From the human T2T-CHM13v2.0 reference genome, Homo sapiens: a stretch of DNA of 64,000 nt. Both the position numbers and the translations under genes were made by a program. Positions 43,813 through 58,690 of this stretch are shown here, one piece after another. Each line of letters starts with the position of its first letter. Within the stretch, counting starts at the first letter, position 1. Where the stretch lies: NCBI GenBank assembly GCA_009914755.4, contig CP086569.2, positions 3,680,001 to 3,744,000 of the forward strand, in the 5' to 3' direction. The notes beneath the pieces are model-generated. The model had not been told where the DNA came from. It saw nothing but the letters and a program-made list of their open reading frames with translations, and did no database searches.

Positions 43813-44924
43813 GAAAGATCCGTGGTGCCTTGCCTTCCATTGTTTTACTGGATACTAAACAGAAACAATTCTAGGGACCTAGCCACTTTTTGCCACATCA
43901 TCCTCTCCACATCCTGAGCATTTGCACATTTAAGATAAACAAGTATCCCTCTTGTGCTTTGACACTCTTCTTTTTCAAAAAGACACAGTCCTTTTTAAGG
44001 GCTTGATTGATTAGGTGAGGCCCACCAGGATAATCTTTATTTTGATTAATTCCTACTCAACTAATTAGGAACCTAATAATAGGGTTGATATTTAATTGTA
44101 TTCACAGATTTCATATGTATTCAAAAGGAAGGAATTATATAAAGGATCATGAAGTGAGAATGTAGTGGAAATGCACATTAGAATCCTGCTTACCCCAGTA
44201 TTTAATAATAGTGATTAAAGTGTTTATATTATAATATATAATAAATAATAATTTATAGAAATTAATATATTATTTATTTACTTAATAAACATTCCTAGAT
44301 GTGAAATGGCCGCATCAACAAAGATGTATATTCTAATTTGGGGAGATATTGCCAAAATGCTCTGAAAAGTGGTTTTACTTGGTTAATTTCATGTTGTTAA
44401 TACAGAATACCACATGCTTATTTACAAATAAATTTATTTCACACAGTTCTGGAAGCTAAGTCTAATATCAAAGTGATTGCATCTGGTGAGGGCCTTCTTC
44501 CAAAGTCATCCCACAGCAGAAGTTGAGAGGGTGACAGAGGAAGAGAGACAGAAAGATTGAACTCACATCCTCAAGCCCTTTTATCATCAGCATTAATTTA
44601 TTTATGAGAGTGTAGCCTTCATGGCCTAATTATCTCTCAAAGGTCTCACCTTTTAATATATTGTTGCATTGAAGATTAAATTAAAAGATGTTTTAATTAA
44701 AAAATTAAACCATAATTAAACCATAATTAAATAAAATTAAACCATATAATGCTTGATCCAATTAATAATATTATCACAAATAATAATTGTAGCTCACCTT
44801 AATTGAGTGCTTATTTTGTGCCAGGCAGGTTCCTAAAAGCTTTACAGATTTTCTCATGCTTAATGTTTCAAATCTTAAAGTTTTAGTATGAGAGTAAGTG
44901 AGAATCTAATTTTAACTTTTGCAT

Positions 44925-45794
44925 GTGATATGGTTAGGCTTTATGTCCCCACCCAAATCTCATTTTGAATTATAATCCTGCCAAGACCAGCTTAGCCATT
45001 GAGATCCTAACCCAGCAGTGCTAGAGGAATTAAAGACACACACAGAGAAATATAGAGTGTGGAGTGGGAATCAGGGGGCTGACAGCCTTCAGAGCTGAGA
45101 GCCACGAGCAGTTTTACCCACATATTTATTGACAGCAAGTGAGTGATAAGCATTGTTTCTATACATTATAGATTAATTAAAATGGGAAAGAAGGGGATGG
45201 GCTCTGGCTAGTTATCTGCAGCAGGAACATGTCCTTAAGGCACAGATCACTCATGCTATTGTTTGTGGTTCAGGAATGCCCTTAGCAGTTTTCCACCCTG
45301 GGTGGGCCAGGTGTTCCTTGCCCTCATTCTGGTAAACCAACAACCTTCAGCGTGAACATCATAGCCATCATGAGCATGTCACAGTGCTGCAGAGATTTTG
45401 TTTATGGCCAGTTTTAGGGCCTGTCTATGGCCAGATTTGGGGGCCTGTTCCCAACATAATCCCCATAATCCCCACGTATCAAGGGAGAGACCAGGCAGAG
45501 GTAAATGAATCATGGGGGTGATTTCCCCCATGCTGTTCTCATGATAGTGAGTGAGTTCTCACAAGATTTGAGCTAATGGTTTTCTAAGTGTTTGGTAGTT
45601 TCTCCTGCATTCATTCTCCCTCTGGCCACATTTTGAAGAAAGTGTCTTGCTTCCCCTTCGCCTTCTGCCATGATTGTTAAGTTCCCTGAGGCTTCCTCAG
45701 CCATGTGGAACTGTGAGTCAATTAAACCTCTTTCCTTTATAAATTGCCCTGTCTCTGGCAGTTCTTTATAGCAGTGCGAGAATGGACTAACACA
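44925..45794 (+). mobile_element. MaLR LTR (THE1/MST-type) split by a nested ~480-bp insertion
   Basis: 5' part: tgatatggttaggctttatgtccccacccaaatctcattttgaattataatcc. 3' part: …cccataatccccacgtatcaagggagagacc…aatgaatcatgggggtgatttcccccatgctgttctcatgatagtgagtgagttctcacaagatttgagc…ccatgtggaactgtgagtcaattaaacctctttcctttataaattgccctgtctctggcagttctttatagcagtgcgagaatggactaacaca. Confidence 0.8.
44979..45456. mobile_element. Nested solo-LTR-like insertion with TG…CA termini and a 6-bp TSD. Family not determined.
   Basis: It starts tgccaagaccagcttagccattgagatcctaacccag… and ends …gggcctgttcccaaca. The direct repeat taatcc sits at 44973-44978 and 45457-45462. The insertion interrupts the THE1/MST consensus between …gaattRtaRctcc and cataattcccacg. 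Confidence 0.5.
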
Positions 45795-46107
45795 ATATGT
45801 CATTCATTTCTTTCTATTACTTTTCCTGTCAGTGACGTGTTCTTTCTTGAGAATAAACAATGAGAGGAAAGTTGACCTCATTTTTAATGAAAAGAAAAAT
45901 TTTCTGCTCATTTTCTAGATAAAAGAACAAATTGTTATTGAATAAACAGAGAAAATATGATAAATCCTCCAAAATAGCATTGAAATTCCTTTCTACCCAC
46001 AGAAAGAAAAGCTCAAGAGCAATGCAATTTTATCATGTCATACAATATCAGGTGTGCTGCATGTCTACACAGAAAGTAGGACATAGCAATATCTGAAAGT
46101 GAATTTT

Positions 46108-46439
<332 letters not shown>

Positions 46440-47559
46440 TAAATTTTTGTAGAGTATATTAAATATAGTTTTCTGCTCTAGATATATTTATCAAAGCTGT
46501 GCCAAGTGTTCCCAGATTGTGCTTATTTCCTTAAAATATTGACTTTCTACCATGACGTAGAAAATATTTATTAAGTCAACAGCTTTATTATACTTGAAGT
46601 ATTATTGTTTTGTACATCAAAATTATGTTTTTCTCAGTTCTAAGTAGGATTAATTTCATAAAGTGATTTAAATACTAAACCTCAGTGGGATTTATATATT
46701 ATTCAAATAGAACTGACTTTAATTCTCGTGACTCTTTATATCTTTTAATATGTGTATTTTATTAGTTAAAAATCCATTACGTCATTAAGGTACAACAAAA
46801 TAACAGCAGACGTAAGATAGCTATTTAAAAGCTATTAAAGCTTTATAAGCTCATTGTATATTAAAGAAAGACGTATATTAAAAAAAAAGCCATCTAGACT
46901 TCCCCTTCCAGCTCTAACATATAAAGAGCTTTTATGTGGTCACTCTTGACCTTAAAAACATACAAAAAAAGACAAACTGTAAGTAAACAACTTCACTTGG
47001 ACCATCAGATAATTGAAGTCACAGGGAAAACTGACATCTTGAAATCTGGAGAGATAGGGTAATACAGAGAATTACCCCTGAGAGCAGCCTATTTGGAAAA
47101 AGAGTCACAGTATCCAAAATCTTTAGCAACACTTAATTTTCATGAGCTACTGGAGGATTAGTGTGGAAAAGCTTGAGAGTAAAATAAATGCTGTGATCCA
47201 GTATTACGGATGCCCACACACGTTTACAATTTCTACCTCCTGTAACCCCTTTAGGCTCTCATGGTGAAGAGCCAAGAAAAATCTGCTTGTGTTTCCAGTA
47301 GCTGAGAAAAAAAAAAGTATCCACTTTGAAATATGCCCAGAGTGTTCTCTATAACAAAGGCATAGTTCACAAGGGAAAAAACTTTATCAAAGACTTATCC
47401 AAACTGGTAGAAGGATAATTATCCATATTCAGGCCCCTCTAGCCTTCCTGTCCCACCACAGCCAAGGGGCACAAGCTCACTTAAAGACAGAGCTACAATC
47501 AAATATTAGAATGCTTTCTTTCCCCATTCCTTGCCATCACGGCAGCAGAGCTCTTGTGA

Positions 47560-49560
<2,001 letters not shown>

Positions 49561-51334
49561 TGGTGACCAAGAGGAAAAGGGCTCACATCCTCCACCCAAC
49601 CCATACCCACAGGACAAGCACTGTTTCTCAGGCACATCAGACTGATATTTGGACCCACAGTGCTCTAGATCCAAGTGTCTGGTTTGGGAAAGCTACCATG
49701 CTGTGAGAGGCAACCTAAAAGGACAAGGGACTACTCTCTTGCATAATTTCCAGAGAGTTTTCCCAGGACGAGAAGCAGTTGAATAACAAAAGAGAGGTTC
49801 AGACCTCTCCACAAAGTAACTGAATTTATATAAAACGGTGTGGAGAAGTTCAAATATAAGTATTCCCCAAAATAATAACTCCTCTTAATTATGCAACAGA
49901 AGCTTAACCATAGCCAATACATTCACCCGGGAGAAACAAAGTGAACTAGTTCATCAGATAGAAAGAGATAGCTAAGAAGAGCCCTTGTTGGAAAGAATGT
50001 GTCAAAGTTTGGCCTCAAACACTACCCCTGTCCAAATTTAAGTACAGCAGACTATGGAGCAATTTGTGCCATGACATTGTGAAAAATAATAGAGCAATAA
50101 GCCAGTAAATAGTAGAAACTAAAGGACAGAATGTGAATATCAAATGTAGCAGATGCTTAACAGAGAGATTGAGACAGTAAAAAACGGCCCTAAAAAAACA
50201 CTGTCATTCTCAAATGACTGCACATCCATTTCCAAGTCTATATTCTCTGGGGAGTCACACCATAATTTTCACACAGTGAAGCAAATACACTTCACTAAAA
50301 TAGCTTGTACAAGTCACAAAACAAACAGGCACCAGAGAGTGGGGTGAAAAATCAGTATCTAAAGTTGTTATAATGTATTCTGTAAAATTTTCAGTCTTCT
50401 ACCAAAAATTAAGGGTCACATGAAAAAACATAAATATGTGACCAACATATACACAAAAATGCAGGCAAGAAAAACTGCCTGTGATAATGACCAGTGAGAA
50501 GTCATGTCTAACAAAGAACAAATTCAATATAGCCATTATAATATGTCTAAAGAACTAAAGGAGATAATATTAAAGATGTATAGAGAAATATAAGGCTTTC
50601 AAAAGATAGGAAATATGTTTTTAAATGAACCTTCAGGAGTTAAAAATAACCTAAATGAAAAAAATGTATTGCAGGAGTTTAACAACAGATTTGAAATTGC
50701 AGAAACAAAATCAGATTACTTGAAGACAGATTAATATGGACTATGCAATCTGAAAAACAGAGAGTAAATAGAATACAGACAAATGAATAGAACCCCAGAG
50801 AATTGCAAGATACCTTTTAGCACACTAACATACACATGCTAGAAATGTCAAAAGGAGAAGAGAAACAGAAAGATTAAAAAATATTCAACAGTGTATGGCT
50901 GAAAACTTTTAACATTTGCTGAAAAACATTAATCTACATATCCAAGAAGCTCAACAAAGTCCAAGTGGTATAAATGGAAAGAGATTCACACCAAGACACA
51001 TTTAAATAAAAATAATGAAAAGCCACAGACAGGAAGTTATGAATGCTGCAAGAAAAAAAATTTAAAAATGACTCCCCATATCTTAGAGAAACCCAATAAA
51101 TTGTTAGCAGCTTTCTTTCCCTCGGGGAATGGTGGTGAGTTATCAGTGGAATGACATTTTTACAGTACTAGGAAAGAAAATGCTGAGCAAGAATCTTGCA
51201 TCCAGTAAAATTATCTTTGAAAATGAAAGAGGAATAAAAATACTCACAGACAAAATCTGAGAGGATTCATTGCTAGTACATTTACTTTATAAGAAATACT
51301 GAATGAAGTTCTTTAGGGTGAAAGTGAAACAATG

Positions 51335-51920
51335 GAAGGTCACTGGTCTTGTTGTCTAAGTTGTAATCTGAGCTCGTGGTCTCACAACCAGAAAATTAAG
51401 AACGTGGACCCAAAGGGTGAGGTTGGAGCAAAAGTTTAACAAGCGAAAGAAGAAAGCTCTCTGCAGCAGAGAGGGGTCCCAGACAGGTTGCTGTTTTACA
51501 GTTGAATCCAAAAGCTTTTATAAGAACCCCCTATCAGCTCTGTAGCCATTTGAGTAACTTCTCCTATCTATCAAATCTTCTTCACAACTCCCCCTTATCT
51601 ATGTAGTTTTCGGTATATCTCTAGACAAGCACAATGCACTACTTCTCTTGTTCGTGTAATTGTGGATTTGTTTTAGGTAAGCCCCCCTTCTCCCTGTGCA
51701 AGTTCCCACAAAGCACACCACGTATATGCATGAAAAGGGAAGCAAATATATATTTTTTTCTGGGAGCTCGCTAATCACACAAAGAACATAAGGGTTCTGT
51801 GCTGCTTATCTATGCAGGTGCAGCCTGAGTTTTCCCCAAGCTGCTCTATTTTTGCCTCTAGCTTCGATTTTTCAGGCAGCCTGCTTCTCTGAGACCAGCC
51901 TTAACTGTTTACCTAATTGA
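51335..51920 (+). mobile_element. LTR-like dispersed repeat, family 'B', inserted at the ORF1/ORF2 junction region of the old L1
   Basis: …ttgtaatctgagctcgtggtctcacaaccagaaaattaagaacgtggacccaaagggtgaggttggagcaaaagtttaacaagcgaaagaagaaagctctctgcagcagagaggggtcccag… aligns with 27678-28380. Confidence 0.45.
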
Positions 51921-53343
51921 CCTTTTCTTCTCCCTCAAAAGAAAATAAGCATGGACATAAAAAATTATCAGCATTGTTAAAGGTAATTTTGTAATTACAA
52001 AAGACAATATATACATAGATTGTTTACTTCTATTCACTGGTTTAATTAGCAATTGCATAAAACAATATGTATATAATTATATATTTTGGCCTGTTAAATA
52101 TAGAAATAGAATGTATTTGACAATGAGACCAGTAACCAATAGCATACAGATGGCAGGAGGAAGCAAAATTGTATTGGATTAAGAAAGTTAAACTACGTGC
52201 TACTTGAAACCTTATGCACAAATGAAATAAAAATTAATAATAAACAAAAAATTAATATTACAATGTCTGTAATTATACAATTGTTTTCTCAGCTTCTTTA
52301 ATAAATATAAAATTATGTAAATAATGATTATAATAATGAATTTTTGTGTTTGTAAGTTATATGGATATAATGTGTGTAACAATAATAGCAAATAAAAGGG
52401 AATTAGATAGAGCTATATTATAGTAATATTTCTATATATCCATGGAATTAAGTTAGTTTAAATCTGAGGCAGGTTATGATAAATTAAGATGCATATAATA
52501 CACCCTAGAGCAACCATAAAGATAATGAAATAGAATTTAAAAAATTTAAAAAATTAAAGTAATTAACATGTTACATTAAAAAATATTTACTTTATACAAA
52601 ATAAATAAATATGAAATACAGAAACAAAAAAAGACATGAAACATATACAATACAAAAAGTAGAATGAAAGATGTAAATTTGACTATAACAATAAGAAGAG
52701 TAAATGTGAATGGAGGAAACAATCCTGTCAAGTTGCATGGATTGTCAGACTAAATCTAAAAACAAGATACAACTATATACAATCTACAGGAGAAACATTT
52801 TAGATTCAGACATACAAATAGGTGAAAGTAAAAGAGAAACGAATGGTATATTATGCAAAGAGTAACCTTAAGAAAGTTGGAGTGAATATTACAATGTCAG
52901 ATAAAAAAGTAAAACAGAAAGTGTGACATGTTATAATGATAAAAGGGTCAGTCCATTTGGAAGTTATAACAATAATCAACATTTAAGCACCCGACAACAG
53001 AATCCCAAAATACATGAAACAAAAGCTGATAGAATTGGGGGGAAATCAAGGCAATTTAATTATAATAGTTGGAGAATTTACTATCACCACTCTCAGTCAT
53101 GGGAAGAGAAACTAGTCAGAAGATTAAAAATGAAATAGAAGTCTTGAATCATATACACAAACTAGACCTAAGAGATTTCTGCAAAGAATTGTTTATAGAC
53201 TCCAACAACAGCAGAATACAAATTCCTGGGGCATCAGAATATACATTTTTCCTAAGTGCAAATGGAGCATTCACTATAATAGAACACGTATCATCAAAAC
53301 TTAAAAATATGGAAGAATTAAAACCATAAAAAGTATCATCTCT

Positions 53344-53641
53344 GGCCGGGTATGGTGGCTCACACCTGTAATCCCAGCACTTTGGGAGGCTGAGGCAGGT
53401 GGATCATGAATTCAGGGGTTTGAGATCAGCCTGGCCAACATGGTGAAACCCTGTCTCTACTAAAAATATAAACATTTGCCAGATGTGGTGGCATGCACCA
53501 GTAGTCCCAGCTACTCAGGAGGCTGAGTCAGGAGAATCGCTTGAACCCAGGAGGCAGAGGTTGCAGTGAGCCTAGACTGTGCTATTGCACTCCAGCCTGG
53601 GTGACAGAGCAAGACTCCATCTCAGAAAAAAAAAAAAAAAA
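53344..53641 (+). mobile_element. Alu (AluS-like), full length, nested in the old L1 ORF2
   Basis: ggccgggtatggtggctcacacctgtaatcccagcactttgggaggctgaggcaggtggatcatgaattcaggggtttgagatcagcctggccaacatggtgaaaccctgtctctactaaaaatat… poly-A. A short TSD of the form atctct is visible. Confidence 0.95.
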
Positions 53642-54390
53642 TCTCTGATCACAATGAAAAGAAGTTGCACATAAATAAGAGAAAAGAAATGGAAAATTAC
53701 AATTAAGTAAAAGTATAAAACACATTACTAAATAATCAATGGCTCAAAAAAGAAATTATAAGGGAAATAAAAAATCTAGGATTTGATAGCACAACAAGAT
53801 GACTACAGTCAAAAATAATTTATTGTACTTTTAAAATAACTAAAATAGTATAATTGGATTGTTTGTAACTCAAAGAAAGAAAAAATGCTTCAGGTGATGG
53901 ATACCTCATTTACTTTGATGTGATTATTACACATTATATGTCTGTTTTAAAATATCTCATGTACCTCATAAATATATATATCCACTATGTACCCAAAGGA
54001 TTAAAAATTTAAAAAAGTTAAAAAATACTTTGAGATAAATAAAAATAAAATACATACAAAAATGTATGGATGCAGCTACAGCAGTACATAGAGGAAAATT
54101 TATAACTGCAAAATACCTGTCTAAAAAGGAATAAAATTTTCAAATAAATGATTTAACCATTCACTCTGAAACACTAGAAAAATAAGAGAAAAGTAAAACC
54201 AAAGTAAGCAAAAGAAAGGAAACAATAAGGAATAAAGTACAAATGAGTAAAATAGAAAATAAAAAAATAGGGAAATATTAATAAAACAAAAAGTTTATTC
54301 TTCTAAATGATCACTTGAACCAAAAAAATCTTCAGGTCAATTGACCAAGAATAAAAGAGAGTAGACTCAATTTACTAAAATAAGAAATAG

Positions 54391-54532
54391 GCCACAGGTG
54401 GTGGCTTATGCCTATAATCCCAGAAATTTGGTAGGCCAAGGTGGGAAGATTGCTTGAGGCCAGGAGTTTGTGGCCAGCCTGGGCAAGAGAGTGAGACCCC
54501 TTCTTCACAATAAATAAATAAATGAATGAATA
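54391..54532 (+). mobile_element. Free left Alu monomer (FLAM-like)
   Basis: ggccacaggtggtggcttatgcctataatcccagaaatttggtaggccaaggtgggaagattgcttgaggccaggagtttgtggccagcctgggcaagagagtgagacccc + (AAAT)n tail. There is no right monomer. Confidence 0.75.
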
Positions 54533-54933
54533 AGTATTTAAAAATAAAATAGGAAATATGAAGTATTAATATTACTACTAGCCTTATATAAATAAAAGGA
54601 ATTATAGAGTTACTATGAATAACTGTATGACAACAAACCAAATAACTTAGATCAAATGAACACAATTTTAGAAAGATCCAAACTAGTAAACTCAAGACCT
54701 AAACAGAATATCAGAATATTCCAATCCATAGTACAAAGTTTGAATTAGTAACAAAAAAAACCTTTTATATAAAAAAGTCCAGCCATACTTGTATTTGCTA
54801 TTGAATTATACCAAAGATTTAAAGAAGTAATATTAATTCTTCACAATGTCTTTCAAACAAATAGAATAGTAGAGACTCTTTGCAACTGTTTTTATGAGGC
54901 CATTATTAACCTATTACCAAACCAGACAAAGAC

Positions 54934-55041
54934 ATCATAAATAAATAAAACTACATACTCATATTGCTTATAAAACCAGATGTAGGTATCATAAATAAAT
55001 AAAACTACATACTCATATTGCTTATAAAACCAGATATAGAT
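54934..55041. repeat. 54-bp tandem duplication (2 copies, 2-3 mismatches) inside the old L1 ORF2
   Basis: atcataaataaataaaactacatactcatattgcttataaaaccagatgtaggt / atcataaataaataaaactacatactcatattgcttataaaaccagatatagat. The L1 consensus has one copy here (…KENYRPISLMNIDAKI…). Confidence 0.9.
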
Positions 55042-56289
55042 ATCCTCAACAAAATACTGGCAAATTGAGTTCATCAACATTTATAAAAGATGATACACCA
55101 TTATCAAGTAGGATTTATCCCAGGAATAGATGGTTGATTTAATATCTCACAATTAATTTACACAATGTACCATATTAATACAATAAAAGAAAGCAAACAC
55201 AAAATCACCTCAATAAAAACAGAAAAATCATTTAACAATATTTAACATCCGTTTGTAATAAAACCCCCAATAGCTAGGAAGAGAAAGAAACTTCCTGAAC
55301 CCGATAAAGGATATATGAAAGGTTCACAGCTAGAATTATACTTAATGGTGAAAAACTAAATGATTTCCCCATAAGATCAAGAAAAGGTAAGAATAACAAT
55401 ATATTCTTTCACCACTTCTATTCATTATTGTACTGGAGGCTTAACCCATGACAATTGGGCAAGAAAATAAAATTTAAATTATCCAGTTTGAAGGAATGAG
55501 CTAGGAGAGTAAAAGTAATGCAGCAGGAATTGCATCATGGGCATTTGTGCCATTTCCTCATGCAACTTGTTGGTGCCTTCAGGAAATTCATGAGCCCAAT
55601 GTCCTATATGGTATTTCCATTTAAGGGAGTGCTGCTGTGCATGCCCAAATGTATGGCTTTGTGGATCAGACACTCAGGTAATAATGGGCAGCTTAGATCT
55701 CAGGATAATTTGGGGGCTCATATTTGAGCTTTAATCTGTACTTAAGCCTTGTAGCAAGCTGAAATCTTGTTCTTAAAAAGGGAAGAGTTATTGGCAGAGA
55801 AGGGCAAGACTTTGCTTCAAAATCCTAAAGGACCTCACTGTAATTCACCTATAGGGATCTGCCAAAGCCTCCAAACAGCATCTTTCTCTGCCTCTGATAA
55901 TTAAAGCATAATTGAATATTTCAGATGGATCGTATGGCCTAAGTGACAAAACAGCTTTCACATCAACTGTTGCAGAGCTTTCTCTTGTTCTGGTCCCACT
56001 CAAAACTAGCAGCTTTTGAGTAGTACACCCAAATTAGAAATATGTTTTCTCTAAAATCAAAAGAGTCCCATTAGACATTATTACTTATTTTAGGTTTTAG
56101 GAGCGATTGAAGAAAACAATGTATTCTCCACCTTAGAAGGGATATCTCAACATGGCTCACACTATTGAACTCCTAAAAGTTTCTCCGACCTGAGATGTCA
56201 TTGGATTTTTGTTGGATGTATTTTCCACTATCTACCACTCAAACGTTTAATGACAACTTTAGAGTGGCTACTAGGTCTTGTTGACTAGG

Positions 56290-56510
56290 TCCAATCAGCA
56301 TGATGTCATCAATGTAATGGATCATTGTGATAGCTTATGAAAAGGTGATGTAAATCAAGGTCTGTTTTGACTAAATGATAGGAGTGCAGAGTTTCTATGC
56401 TCCTGAGGCAGAATAATAAAGGTTGCTTCACCAACTCAAGCTGCTTTTGTAAGCCTTTTTTAATAGATATTGAGAAAAACTCATTTACCATATCAATATT
56501 CACATACCAG
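56290..56510 (-). pseudogene. Retroviral RT fragment with a YIDD box (ERVK/betaretrovirus-like …IIHYIDDIL…), degenerate. It lies within a ~2.4-kb non-L1 block (about 55550-57960).
   Basis: The minus-strand translation of 56283-56336 gives AITMIHYIDDIMLIGPSQQDLVATL. Upstream on the minus strand a frame-shifted ORF reads …KKGLQKQLELVKQPLLFCLRSIETLHSYH…. Confidence 0.45.
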
Positions 56511-57239
56511 CTAGAAGAAATATGTTCATTTTCTCAAGCAATTAAACCACATCTGGAACAGTAAAGAGTTGAGTCACTATCTGGTTATGTTTATTATAAT
56601 CTGCTTTCATTCTTCATGATCCATTTACTTTCTATCCAGGACAAATAGGAGAGTTGAATGAAGATATCATAAGAATCACCATGCCTGAATCTTTTAAGTC
56701 CTTGATGATGGGATTAATCTCTGCATTTACTTCAGGAATGCAGTACTGCTTCATGTTCACTATTGTCCTACATACAGACAGTTTTAATGACTTCTATTTG
56801 ACATTTTCTTCCATAGTAGCCCTTACTCCACAGGTCAGAATATCAATGTGGGCATTCTGTTAGGTACTGAGGATGTCTATTCCTATTGTTCATTTTGAGA
56901 AATAAACCATAGAATGGGTTTGAGCACCCACTATACCCACTGTGAGATGGACCTGGGCTAAAACCTCATTACTCACCTGACTCCACAAGCCCTTACTCTG
57001 ACTGGTGGAGCACAGTGACAATTTGCATCTTGTGGAATTAGTGTGACTGTAGAGCCAGTGTCCAGTAGTCACCAAAAAGTCTGTTTACTTATTTTTTCCA
57101 ATACACAATCACCCTAGTAAGAGGGTTATTTGGTTGGTCAGCTGAAACATAGACCAATAAGTTGGTAAATTACTAGAGCCCTTTCTAAGCCCTTGGGCTA
57201 CAACATTGAGTATAGAATCTCTATTATGGGCTAATATTA

Positions 57240-57420
57240 ATAAATTCAACCTGAACCAATTTTATATTCCTGCCGCAATTTTATAAATTTAATTGAATTT
57301 ATAATTTATAAATTTATATTAATATGTAAAATTATATATAATTTAAAATTAATATAATTTAACCATTTATATAATACATAGATGTATTACTTAGTTTATA
57401 ATTTAAAAATTATAATTTTG
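57240..57420. repeat. AT-rich low-complexity tract (ttataaatttaattgaatttataatttataaattt…)
   Basis: The A/T-only degenerate repeats are visible. Confidence 0.6.
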
Positions 57421-57959
57421 CAGATTTAATTTACAATATTATATTTCTACACCTTTTCTATACAATTTCTTGAGATTTCTGTGTATTCATTGAAAAAAAT
57501 CTTGCAGTTGTTTTGAAGTGTAGTGCTTCTCCTAGTGCTCCACACTTTGGACCTCACTCTTTAGGACCTGTTAGAACTTGAACATACTTCTAATTCCAGA
57601 AGACACAAATAAAGGTGCTGTGTGTAGGTTTTGAATAAGTAAATATATATTTATTTATTTACTTGAAGTAATTATCCCACATGATTGTGGTGGCTCACAA
57701 GGGTAAAATCCACAGGGCAGGCCAACAGGTTGGAAACTCTTGGATTTTTTAGTCTTGAGGTACAATTTATTCTTCAGAGATATCTCAGTTTTGCTTATAA
57801 GGTATTTCCACTGATTGGATGATATCTACCCACATTATAGAGAAAAATATCCTTTACTTAAATTCAGGTGATTGTGGATGATAACCATGTCTATAAAATT
57901 CATTCATAGCAATCCCCGGATTAGCATTTGATTGAAAAGCCTAGCTAAGTTGATATGTA

Positions 57960-58495
57960 AGACAAACCGTAAAAGCATACAAAAACTTTTACTCAAATGT
58001 TCAATGAAGCATTAATAATAGCCCAAAATTATAAACAACTTATTATCCACTAATGAATTAAGGTGTAAATAAAATGTGGTATATTCATACAATGGAATAT
58101 TATTCAAGCATAAAAATGAATGGACTGCTGATACATATTACAATAAGGATAAACCTTGACAACACTATACTAATTGAAAGAAAGCAGTTGCAAAGGATCA
58201 CCTATTGTATGGTAATATTTATATGTAATGTTCATAATAGCCAAACCTATGGAGACAGAAAGTAGATTAGTGATTGCTTAGGACTGGGGAGGATGGGAGA
58301 ATTAATAAGTGATGGCTAAGAGGTAAGGGGTCTTTTTTGTGGGTAATAAAATGTTCATATTTTAAAATTGTGGTGTTGTATACACAACACACTAAAAGCT
58401 ATTGAATTTGACACTTTCAATAGGTAAATTTTATGGTAAATAAACATATCTCAATAAAGTTGTTAATAATGAAAGAACAGTGTGACACAGCTAAC
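57960..58495 (+). mobile_element. LINE-1 (L1M-type) 3' end: ORF2 C-terminus plus 3'UTR
   Basis: aaatgtggtatattcatacaatggaatattattcaagcataaaaatgaatg… gives MWYIHTMEYYSSIK…, which matches L1 MWYIYTMEYYSAIKK. The 3'UTR …gggtaataaaatgttcatattttaaaattgtggtgttgtatacacaacactaaaagctattgaatttgacactttcaataggtaaattttatggtaaataaacatatctcaataaagttgtt matches the L1M tail. Confidence 0.8.
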
Positions 58496-58554
58496 AAATA
58501 TAAACTATTAAATTTAGTTAATAATAATGTATCAAAATTGGTTCATCTCTTGTA

Positions 58555-58690
58555 GAATATTCACAATACTAAAGGTGTTAATAATGGAAAGGACTCTGTA
58601 AAGTTAAGCAAGAATTCTTTGTGCCATCTCAAATTTTCTGTAAATCTAAAGCTGTTCTAAAAATAAAGTAGATTAAAATAAATGCAACAT
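58555..58690 (+). mobile_element. Second L1M-type 3'-end fragment from a different subfamily
   Basis: …ctctgtaaagttaagcaagaattctttgtgccatctcaaattttctgtaaatctaaagctgttctaaaaataaagtagattaaaataaa resembles the L1MC/D-like tail …ctctgtactatctttgcaacttttctgtaaatctaaaattattccaaaataaaaagttt. Confidence 0.4.

Larger units (their letters stand above)
50560..55550 (+). mobile_element. Ancient LINE-1 (L1M-type): ORF1, inter-ORF region and the N-terminal ~half of ORF2 (endonuclease to RT start). It carries nested insertions of LTR 'B', an Alu and a FLAM.
   Basis: ORF1: …WNDIFTVLGKKMLSKNLASSKIIFENERGIKILTDKI… resembles the ORF1 C-terminus RQWDDIFKVLKEKNCQPRILYPAKLSFKNEGEIKTF. ORF2 N-terminus: …ITIRRVNVNGGNNPVKLHGLSD.IKKQDTTIYNLQEKHFRFRHTNR… resembles LTLNVNGLNSPIKRHRLAEWIKKQDPTICCLQETHFRFKDTNR. 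The RT start corresponds to [29 protein letters not shown]. A possible 5'UTR extends upstream to ~49900. Confidence 0.7.
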
